Below, piece after piece: positions 57,201 to 64,000 of a stretch of 64,000 bases of DNA. Position 1 is the first letter of the stretch. Every line of letters starts with the position of its first letter. The position numbers and the translations under genes are program-made. The stretch is from an uncultured Clostridia bacterium. GTDB lineage: Bacteria; Bacillota; Clostridia; Christensenellales; Borkfalkiaceae. The stretch covers positions 45,984 through 109,983 of the forward strand of contig CAKQME010000004.1 in assembly GCA_934254815.1 (NCBI GenBank), read 5' to 3'. The notes under the pieces are model-generated. The model worked only from the letters and a program-made list of their open reading frames with translations. It did not search any database and was not told the DNA's origin.

Positions 57201-59447
57201 GTGGCGATGGACGGAACAGAATATAGCGGAAGAACGGCAACCCCCGAAGAGGGCGTGTTGGTAATAGCTGCGGATAACAGAACGCTTTACTTCGATATCA
57301 AGGGCGATACGTTTACTTTACGCGGAGCGGAATACGGTCGTTACGCTTACAACGATAACAATATATTCCAGGGCGTATACTTCATGTTCGACGGTTACGG
57401 ACGCTTAGAAGTTCAGAAACTCGAAAACGCGAATACTAAAGACGAAAAATTCGTCAAGAAAGGCGACGGCGTATACGAGTACGACGAAGCGAAAAAGGCT
57501 TATACGCTTAAGTACGCTGTAGACGGTAAAGCCTATGAAGTCGTAGGAATAGTCGGAGTCGTTATCAGCAACAACAGAGCGTACAGAGTGTTCTCGACGT
57601 TACATTCCGAAAACGTCAAACTCTATATCAACGATAAAGACTGGTCTATAATCGAACTCGACGCGGCGGGCAACGCCGTCAAGTACGGACCGAAAGGCGT
57701 AAAGGAAAACGGAACTTACACCATAATCACCGAAAATCTGTTGTATTTCGTAAATTCGTCGGCTACCGACGCCTGCCTGTACGCTTACGATAAAGAAGCG
57801 GGTACGGCGGTACAGCTCAACCGTAACAACGTAAGTTATTACACCAAAAACTTCGAGTCGTTCAACTTCACGCAATACGGTTTCGCGATATATAACGGAG
57901 ACGAGCGTTACTATTACGACATCACCGACGAGGACGAATATATAATTTATCGTCAACCCGAAGAGGGCGAAACTGCGCAGAACGTCAACGATTACGGCTT
58001 TATCACCGAAAATCTCGGCAAACTCGAAGTTTACAACGAAGCCGAGGGCGCGTATTATTACAGATCGTTCACATACAAAAAAGATAATAAAACCTACCAT
58101 TATAACGACGGAAACAGTCTTAAGTTCGACCGTGAAAAGAAAGACGGCGCAGACGATACGACTTACGGAATAAAGCAGGGTTCGGGAGATGACCAATACT
58201 TCATATATCTTAAATCGCTTACTTTCCAGCCGACCGGTTCCGACGAATTCGAAGTGTCGTGTACGGCTACTTTCGGCGGATATCCGACGGTAGGCGAAGA
58301 CGGTACCAAAACCTACGGAGATCTCGTTCTTTCGAACGGTTCCATAACCCGTAAAAAGCTCGATAACGGCGAATACGAAACCTATTATTCGATAATTTAC
58401 AGCGTGATAGGATATTTCCGTCTCGACCTCGATATAACTTTCCACGGCGCGTATAACGCAGACGGCACGGTTTCTCAGAACGCGGGCGAATATAAAGTGC
58501 TTTCGCTTAAGAGAGTCGTAACCGCTCCCGCTTATCAGTATCTCGATAACTATTACAGAAATTATATCAATACGGGTTCTGTCGACGGTTTCGAAAACGA
58601 TATCGGCACAATCGAATTTATATACGTTTACGACGAAAACGGCGAAGAAATCGTAAGTCAGAGATATTTCCGCGGCGAATTCGGCAAAGACAGCGGTATC
58701 GTAGATATAAACGGCAATACGTTCACCGTCGAAAACGGAACGTTCGAAGAACAGTCGAACGGATTGTTCATCGTTACGTTCAATATCCCCGAATACGAGA
58801 AGAAAGACGGCGAAGTTACCGACGGTTACACTTATAAACTCTATACCTGGATAACGCGGCACGGAGCGTTCAGAAACGGCTACGGATACAGAGTATACGC
58901 TTATACGAGAGTTCAGAGCGGACTTGTAAACGGAGCATATTCCGTCACCGTCGAAAGAGTGGTTTATACGGATCTTACAAGCGGATATACCGCAGGTTCT
59001 GTGTTGAACATTTCGCTTACTAAAGACGGAAAAGAAGTTAAAACAGATGCCAGACTTACGGGTTCCGAAGCGGCTTACCTTATAACCAGAACGCGCGACG
59101 CCGACGGTAAGATAACCGAAACCAAATATTACGCCGTAACGTTCAAAGAACAGGAAAAAGAAGTCGGATCTCAAAAGGTTATGCCTTTCGAATCGGCAAG
59201 CGTCTCCGAATTGGTAATGAAGACCTATTACGGACAGGACGGCGAATCGTATTTCGACGTAAATACCGAAAACGACGAGATAATGCTCATCTGGTATAAA
59301 GGCGAAAACGATAAAAACGGCGCGTATTACGTTCCGTCGACTACCGAAGAGCAGGAAGACGGCTCGAAGAAGATAACTACTTCCGACGGTTCCGTATTTA
59401 CCGTAAAAATTAACGGCGAAACGGCTACTATCGAAAAAAACGCTTAA
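54240..59447 (+). CDS. Large lipoprotein (1735 aa): N-terminal Listeria-Bacteroides repeats, then about 1400 aa of unassigned beta-rich modules
   Basis: Lipobox 'GALAVGCKK'. 'FTLSFETNGGT...GYEFEGWY' and 'FTLTFDLNGG...FGVWQ'. The remainder carries a recurring '(I/L)xLDGxG.A..Y' motif. Confidence 0.85.
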   Translation: MNKIKKLFIALLTVLTVALGALAVGCKKDEKFTLSFETNGGTAIASVQLDKGAEYELPTAERTGYEFEGWYLNAECTGEKTTKITVNENVTVYAKWGKLFTLTFDLNGGSMDKTSVYVKAGELVTTAVSGLTPTKADHQFGVWQIDGKDLTSSYVMPEKDITLTAKYKTKYTVTLWKEDMKGDFVKEEQEVVDYAYAGTVPSKDFGGTGFELDANRDGSKPLAKISETVSENTFVLYYKRSNFIVRFDTNYPETANKEDDVIEKTVKYGQEIDVPYNYTAKGYYLAGWAKSSLATEVEYEADYISSVLYNGSAEDKGQNSKIAPFENATLYGVWVKGNEDMFGGDDYLFISATEENTVYLSRGGKIFKGYYTAADSTFGFADSTGTEFLEGKIFKDGTFAYGDKLRSRTYVNYVNGVGQNSQITLTVDDYNGVTYYDKSKDSESTGTYVFDAQGYCVATFTDGELAGTEMHIRLSSVTISGSSKSVFIVRNDSELAYGTLYRGVYSGGNMTSYPDGYYSIKLDGFGTATFYQNPLMFGNYAYVFDLEKMILTLYTSNSIAGRFRIYKDAIKGDQGQYDYVFYNPVYDTTFESADKTAKLTLDGSFNAVYEKGNEKIEGLYLASDSLFSGGKIISLIQNGKTVKSLLITSKTETIFENGEETTKTTYSFEEKAQGYAEYYFRGIDSTYYAPLIAINDTAPGHMTVYGYTTSGTYEKISEGTFTETDGVYHYSVEAFNTSSISKNEQAETGVYLYYHIVDGEEVVWMKVVEDIAKIEEIEFGLGKSVISGEVYEATYWYSAKKTGDEKVSYVTEFAAENGSASLTRIGGMIRYSEEGKTILGTYETSADGITAITAYDESNGSTESVYVKLNEETKKFTKLEYAPYTMYAIVKGNTDRNETLKLNGDGTAEYTVDGVKYEGTVTDTGKKTESGAEIMKFESTEKTFEYLHLYGSSEEYFAKEDKTFKTEYEVDGIGTITLDGFLFNGKFVAMDGTEYSGRTATPEEGVLVIAADNRTLYFDIKGDTFTLRGAEYGRYAYNDNNIFQGVYFMFDGYGRLEVQKLENANTKDEKFVKKGDGVYEYDEAKKAYTLKYAVDGKAYEVVGIVGVVISNNRAYRVFSTLHSENVKLYINDKDWSIIELDAAGNAVKYGPKGVKENGTYTIITENLLYFVNSSATDACLYAYDKEAGTAVQLNRNNVSYYTKNFESFNFTQYGFAIYNGDERYYYDITDEDEYIIYRQPEEGETAQNVNDYGFITENLGKLEVYNEAEGAYYYRSFTYKKDNKTYHYNDGNSLKFDREKKDGADDTTYGIKQGSGDDQYFIYLKSLTFQPTGSDEFEVSCTATFGGYPTVGEDGTKTYGDLVLSNGSITRKKLDNGEYETYYSIIYSVIGYFRLDLDITFHGAYNADGTVSQNAGEYKVLSLKRVVTAPAYQYLDNYYRNYINTGSVDGFENDIGTIEFIYVYDENGEEIVSQRYFRGEFGKDSGIVDINGNTFTVENGTFEEQSNGLFIVTFNIPEYEKKDGEVTDGYTYKLYTWITRHGAFRNGYGYRVYAYTRVQSGLVNGAYSVTVERVVYTDLTSGYTAGSVLNISLTKDGKEVKTDARLTGSEAAYLITRTRDADGKITETKYYAVTFKEQEKEVGSQKVMPFESASVSELVMKTYYGQDGESYFDVNTENDEIMLIWYKGENDKNGAYYVPSTTEEQEDGSKKITTSDGSVFTVKINGETATIEKNA

Positions 59448-59462
59448 ATGCAAAGATTAAAT

Positions 59463-59494
59463 ACTTCCCCCCGAAAAGGGGGAAGTGTTTATTT
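59463..59494 (+). terminator. Rho-independent terminator ending the 16-kb MoxR-LRR operon
   Basis: 9-bp stem acttccccc / gggggaagt with a 6-nt loop and a T-rich tail gtttattt. Confidence 0.8.
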
Positions 59495-59566
59495 AAACGG
59501 CTTGCGGTTTAAAAAGTGAAAATTTAAACATAAAACGATTTTATTCGCTATACGGCTTATAATTAT

Positions 59567-59595
59567 TTTACATTTTTTAAAATTTGTTGTAGAAT
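59567..59595 (+). promoter_or_regulatory. Sigma-A promoter of the S8 peptidase gene
   Basis: TTTACA-N17-TAGAAT, 79 nt upstream of the ATG. Confidence 0.5.
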
Positions 59596-59673
59596 ATATA
59601 AAATAGAATAGTTTACTAATCGGTGGAGTTTCGCTTTTTAGACGGACGGCTATCGAACTGAATTGAGGACTTA

Positions 59674-62600
59674 ATGAAGATTAAAACATTGAAAAACAAA
59701 AGGATCGCGCTAAAGGGACTGTCGCTTTTAATGGCGGCAAGTCTCTCTTTGACGCTTTTCGCGGATAGCGGAAAGTCGGCTATATCCGGCGAGGCGAAAC
59801 AGACGCAGCTGGCGGATATAACGAAAATAGGCGCGGCGGTAGATAACGATATTACTCAGTATCTTGACGGGAACGTTGCCTATAAACTCCCCGACGGAGT
59901 AAACGACAATCAGAAAATATCCGTAATAGTAAGCATGAACGTGGACTCCGTGCTTGACGCTTACGAGTATTCCGGCAGTTCGCTCGCCGTGTCCGACTAT
60001 ATTCTGACCCGCGACGCGGCTAACGCCATAAATAAAATCGAAAAGCAGAGAAAAACTCTTCTGAGAAAATTATCCGCTTCGGGTTTAAGATATTCGGTAG
60101 GTGAAAAGTATAATACCGTTCTCAGCGGTTTCGAAATAGAAATAGCCGCCAAAGATTTTTCTACGGTCGGTAAACTTATAGGCGATTCCTCCGAATTGAT
60201 TATAGGCGACGAATACGAAAGAGCCGTAACCGAAGTCGTAACCAACGAGGTCGACGTTTACGATACGGGTATTTTCGACAGCTCTTCGCTCGAACCGCTC
60301 GGTTATCAGGGCGACGGCGTCGTCGTTGCCGTACTCGATACGGGTCTCGATTATACTCACTCGGCATTCAGCGTAAATAATTTTACTTCTAAAGACAAGA
60401 GATTTACTCTTGCCTCTGTTTCCGACAGGGTTTCGCAGACGAGAGCCGCGGCGTTCACGTCTGGTTTGACGGGCGAAGACGTATATCTCAACGAGAAAGT
60501 TCCTTACGCATACGATTACGCGGATAAAGATTCCGACGTATTACCTATAAACAGCGAACACGGCACGCACGTCGCGGGCATAATCGCGGGTAAAGACGAC
60601 ACCATAACGGGCGTTGCGCCCAATGCGCAGCTCGCTATAATGAAAGTTTTCTCCGACGCGCAACAGGGGGCTAAAACTTCCTGGATACTTGCCGCGGTAG
60701 AAGATTGCGTCGTTCTCGGCGTAGACGTTATCAATATGTCGCTCGGTTCTTCCTGCGGTTTCACGCGCGAAGTGGATAAGCAGAACGTAGAAGCGGCTTA
60801 CGATAAAGTCAAAGCGGCGGGCATTTCGCTTATAACCGCTGCGTCTAACGACTATAACGCTACCATGGGTTCCGAAAAGAACGGTAACAACGGCCGCACG
60901 ACAAACCCCGATTCGGGTACGGTAGGTTCGCCCTCCACTTACGACGCGGCTGTGTCCGTAGCGTCGGTCGACGGCGTAAAAACCCCGTATCTTTTATACG
61001 GCAACGATATAATTTACTTCAACGAATCTACCAACTCCGCTGCGAAAAAGAAAGATTTCGTCGGAGAAGTTCTTAAAATGGTTGGCGACGTCGACAGTTA
61101 CGACTTCGAATACGTCACTATCCCCGGTATAGGTCGTTCGTCCGACTACGCGCAGGATAAATCGTATTATGCGGGTAAAATCGTACTCGTAAAGCGCGGA
61201 CAGACGACTTTCGAAGACAAAATAAGGGTCGCGCTTAAAGAAAAAGGCGCGGCGGGCGTAATAATATACAATAACGTTTCGGGTACTATCTCGATGTCCG
61301 TCGGCGCGGACGTCGGTGCGGCTTGCTCCATCTCGCAGGACGAGGGCGAAAAGCTCGCGGCGCACGCAACGGGAACTATCAGAATTTCCAAGAGCCAGAA
61401 AGCCGGTCCGTTCATGTCCGACTTCTCTTCGTGGGGTCCGACTTCCGATTTGAGAATCAAACCCGAAATAACCGCTCACGGCGGCGAAATACTTTCCGCT
61501 ATTCCCGGTCAGGACTACGACAGACTTTCGGGTACTTCGATGGCTTCGCCCAACCTTGCGGGCGCAACCGCCCTTATCCGTCAGTACGTCAAGGCGGACG
61601 CAAACGCGGAACGCTTCGGGCTTGCGGGTTTCAAAAAGGAATCAACCGAATATAACATAAGAGTAACCGCTCTCGTAAATCAGCTTATGATGTCCACCGC
61701 AGATATCGTTATGAATAAGAACGGACTTCCTTATGCGGTAAGAAAACAGGGCGCGGGGCTTGTCAATCTGCTCAATTCCGTCACTTCGGCGTCGTTTATA
61801 ACGACTTACGACAGAGATACGAACGAGGCGATGGACAAATCCAAGCTCGAACTTAAAGACGATAAAGACAGAACGGGCGTTTATACCGCCACGTTCGATA
61901 TCAATAACGTTTCGGGTTCTTCCGTAACTTACGATCTTTCGACGATTATTCAGACCGAGGGCGTAAGCGAAACGTATACCAGCCACGGCGATACTGTCGT
62001 TACTCAGGAGGGTTATCTCCTTTCGGGAACGAGTTTCGAAGTTAAAAACGTAGAAAACGGTTCCAAAAACGGCACGTCGGTATCGATTGCCGCTAACTCG
62101 GTAGCAAAAGTCACGGTAGAAATACGTCTTTCTGCCGAAGACAAAGCTTATCTCGAACGCTCGTTCAAATACGGAATGTACGTCGAGGGCTTCATTCGCT
62201 TCAAGGCGACCGCGGGTACTACCGTAAATCTTAATCTTCCGCTTCTCACGTTCTACGGCGACTGGACGGAGGCTCCTATCTTCGACGAAGAGTATTACGA
62301 TACCAACGTCGACGAGGTGAACGCGGGGCTTGACGATAAAGATAAACTCATGGCGGACGCTTATGCGACGAGAGTAATCGGCGGCTTGTATTCCGATTAT
62401 ATAATGACGATGGGCGTTTATCCGTTCACGCAGAATCCGTCGGCGGGAAAAATCGCGGCTAACAAAGATAAAATAGCGATGTCTCTTCCGACGAGTCTTG
62501 ACGATGACGAGGGTTCTTCGATAACGAAAATCCGCAGCATATCGGCGGGGCTTCTGAGAAACGTCGGCACGGCGACGGTGTCTATTACCGAAGACGCGAC

Positions 62601-64000
62601 GGGCAGAGAAGTTTTCAATAAGGTTATACGCAACCAGCGCAAGTCGCTGCATAGCGGCAGTTCGATTTACGGCTCGTCGATGGATATAGAGTTCAACGCG
62701 CTCGAAAAGAACCTTAAAAACAATACGAAATATACCGTTACCGTAAAGACTTATATCGATTACGGCGACAACGCGGAGCAGAAGAACGCGAGAAACACTT
62801 TCGAATTCCCGCTCTATATAGACTTCCAGGCTCCTACCGTAACGGGCGTTACGTTCAGAAGCGAATACGATAAAACGACGAAGAAGACGAAACTCTTTGC
62901 CGACTTCGATATTTACGACAATCACTACGCTATGGCTGTTCAGGTCGGACAGATCGTAGCCGCAGAACCGGGTTCGAGATACACTTACGCAATGAACAGT
63001 TTCAGCAAGTATCTCACCCCAGTGTACTCGTCTTATAATTCGACCTCGAAAGTGTCGATAGAGATTACGGACTATGTAGAAGAGATTAAAAAATCTATGG
63101 GTCCGAAATTCGACGAAGAGGGCAATTATACTGTAGAGACCAACAACGACAGTTTCGTCGTCACTTGTTATGATTACGCGTTTAACTCCGCGTCGTATCA
63201 GATAAGGCTTCCCGACGAAATTCTCGCAATGAATTTCTCCGAAGAGGAAATCAGCCTCGATCTTAACGAAACGCTCAGAGTTTCCGAAATTCTTTCGATT
63301 TATCCGGGCGAAAGCTGGATAGAAACGCTCGATTACGAAATTGGCGACAACGATATCGCTTCTATCGTAAACGGAACGATAATCGCAAAGAAAAAAGGTA
63401 CTACGACGCTTACCGCTAAGGGAAAAGACGCCGACGGTAAACCTGTTCAGGCTCAATGCGTAATCACCGTAACGGGCGAAGACAAAGGCTATTCGATACC
63501 CTCGGTCAACAAATTCACCGTTACGGGTTACGAAACGCTCAAAGCGTATTATAACGTTTCGAGCAACGAGCGCGAAATAGGCGAAACCGGCAATAAACGC
63601 GCGTTCGGCAACGAAAAAACGCTCTCGATGTTCCCGTCGGAATCGGTTAAACTCGAATACACTCTCGATTCTTATTTCGAGGGCAGAACAAAAGTATTGT
63701 TCGAATCGGGCGACCCGAAAGTGGCGGATATCACTGCCGACGGCAAAATAACCGCTAACGAAAAAGGCGAAACGACGGTGTTCGCAACGGTTTATTTCGA
63801 CGACGAAATGACATTCTATTCCGACCAGATAAACATAACGGTAAAAGACCCGTTCACCGCGAACAGCATTTACCTTATGAATTACAGAGGTCTGGGCGGT
63901 ACGGTAGAAATTCCCGCCGACAGAGGTATAACGACTATCTACGCTTATGCGTTTTCGGGTTACGAATACGTCGATAAGGATCTTTCCGCTGGCGACGTAA
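59674..64000 (+). CDS. Secreted S8 subtilase with PA-domain insert, lactocepin/C5a-peptidase-like architecture, Big_2-like domains and the start of an LRR_5 array (3' end outside the window)
   Basis: This ORF is absent from the ORF track because it has no stop in the window. I translated it from the ATG at 59674 (in-frame TGA at 59659, GAGG RBS). Catalytic triad: 'VAVLDTGLDYTH' (about 60330), 'HGTHVAGIIAG' (about 60560) and 'SGTSMASPNLAG' (about 61530). The PA-like insert is 'YAGKIVLVKRGQTTFEDKIRVALKEKGAAGVIIYNN', and the tail reads 'VEIPADRGITTIYAYAFSG'. Confidence 0.9.
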   Translation, partial: MKIKTLKNKRIALKGLSLLMAASLSLTLFADSGKSAISGEAKQTQLADITKIGAAVDNDITQYLDGNVAYKLPDGVNDNQKISVIVSMNVDSVLDAYEYSGSSLAVSDYILTRDAANAINKIEKQRKTLLRKLSASGLRYSVGEKYNTVLSGFEIEIAAKDFSTVGKLIGDSSELIIGDEYERAVTEVVTNEVDVYDTGIFDSSSLEPLGYQGDGVVVAVLDTGLDYTHSAFSVNNFTSKDKRFTLASVSDRVSQTRAAAFTSGLTGEDVYLNEKVPYAYDYADKDSDVLPINSEHGTHVAGIIAGKDDTITGVAPNAQLAIMKVFSDAQQGAKTSWILAAVEDCVVLGVDVINMSLGSSCGFTREVDKQNVEAAYDKVKAAGISLITAASNDYNATMGSEKNGNNGRTTNPDSGTVGSPSTYDAAVSVASVDGVKTPYLLYGNDIIYFNESTNSAAKKKDFVGEVLKMVGDVDSYDFEYVTIPGIGRSSDYAQDKSYYAGKIVLVKRGQTTFEDKIRVALKEKGAAGVIIYNNVSGTISMSVGADVGAACSISQDEGEKLAAHATGTIRISKSQKAGPFMSDFSSWGPTSDLRIKPEITAHGGEILSAIPGQDYDRLSGTSMASPNLAGATALIRQYVKADANAERFGLAGFKKESTEYNIRVTALVNQLMMSTADIVMNKNGLPYAVRKQGAGLVNLLNSVTSASFITTYDRDTNEAMDKSKLELKDDKDRTGVYTATFDINNVSGSSVTYDLSTIIQTEGVSETYTSHGDTVVTQEGYLLSGTSFEVKNVENGSKNGTSVSIAANSVAKVTVEIRLSAEDKAYLERSFKYGMYVEGFIRFKATAGTTVNLNLPLLTFYGDWTEAPIFDEEYYDTNVDEVNAGLDDKDKLMADAYATRVIGGLYSDYIMTMGVYPFTQNPSAGKIAANKDKIAMSLPTSLDDDEGSSITKIRSISAGLLRNVGTATVSITEDATGREVFNKVIRNQRKSLHSGSSIYGSSMDIEFNALEKNLKNNTKYTVTVKTYIDYGDNAEQKNARNTFEFPLYIDFQAPTVTGVTFRSEYDKTTKKTKLFADFDIYDNHYAMAVQVGQIVAAEPGSRYTYAMNSFSKYLTPVYSSYNSTSKVSIEITDYVEEIKKSMGPKFDEEGNYTVETNNDSFVVTCYDYAFNSASYQIRLPDEILAMNFSEEEISLDLNETLRVSEILSIYPGESWIETLDYEIGDNDIASIVNGTIIAKKKGTTTLTAKGKDADGKPVQAQCVITVTGEDKGYSIPSVNKFTVTGYETLKAYYNVSSNEREIGETGNKRAFGNEKTLSMFPSESVKLEYTLDSYFEGRTKVLFESGDPKVADITADGKITANEKGETTVFATVYFDDEMTFYSDQINITVKDPFTANSIYLMNYRGLGGTVEIPADRGITTIYAYAFSGYEYVDKDLSAGDV

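Noticed and set aside
57600-59453. Very long antisense ORFs: 617 aa here, 604 aa at 61642..63456, 342 aa at 34383..35411, 316 aa at 39269..40219, 305 aa at 43395..44312, and 272-273 aa at 55686..56504, 32274..33095 and 10844..11659
   Set aside because: All lie entirely inside strongly supported sense genes. They have Arg/Phe/Val/Ile-rich composition with no motifs, no RBS and no signal or TM logic. They are shadow ORFs that stay open because of the codon bias of the sense strand.
1-64000. tRNA, rRNA, CRISPR arrays, IS elements, integrases and prophage genes
   Set aside because: I scanned all intergenic regions longer than 150 bp (20783-21046, 26140-26327, 28037-28289, 31650-31973, 42830-43199, 59448-59673) and found no cloverleaf-like T-loop motifs or spaced direct repeats. 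The ORF track shows no transposase-, integrase- or phage-like proteins.

Overview
The window looks like a Bacillota/Clostridia-type chromosome: GGAGG ribosome-binding sites, sigma-A promoters often with an extended -10 (TGn), many lipobox signal peptides, and prmA-mtaB synteny. No tRNA, rRNA, CRISPR array, transposase, integrase or reverse transcriptase was seen. All calls rest on reading motifs by eye; no searches were run.

There are four blocks.

(1) 1-22757: a Gram-positive polysaccharide-utilisation-type locus. It encodes an ABC importer, a TIM-barrel-like lipoprotein, two large paralogous surface proteins and a divergent ROK regulator. It also encodes DUF4838-like, sialate-O-acetylesterase-like, GH78-like, GDSL and GH43 enzymes, a decayed GH78-like fragment, and fucU-manA.

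(2) 22909-28036, minus strand: a 1076-aa lipoprotein, followed by an XRE-HTH membrane regulator translationally coupled to an ArsB/NhaD-type permease.

(3) 28290-31649: housekeeping genes (GDSL hydrolase, prmA, mtaB, HIT).

(4) 31766-64000: a roughly 32-kb, all plus-strand surface-protein supercluster.
- a giant (about 3100 aa) BspA-type leucine-rich-repeat (LRR) lipoprotein
- a Wzz-like membrane protein
- a 16-kb operon that fuses a Bat-like MoxR-DUF58-vWA-vWA module to a 972-aa LRR lipoprotein and an orphan 1735-aa lipoprotein
- a PA-domain S8 subtilase whose C-terminus runs into LRR repeats

The strongest unexplained signal is a 39-nt inverted repeat with a 30-nt perfect core. The two copies sit in the leaders of the giant-LRR gene and of the MoxR operon, 11.2 kb apart, each just downstream of a near-consensus promoter. 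They could be a shared operator, the ends of an invertible segment, or mutually complementary mRNA leaders.
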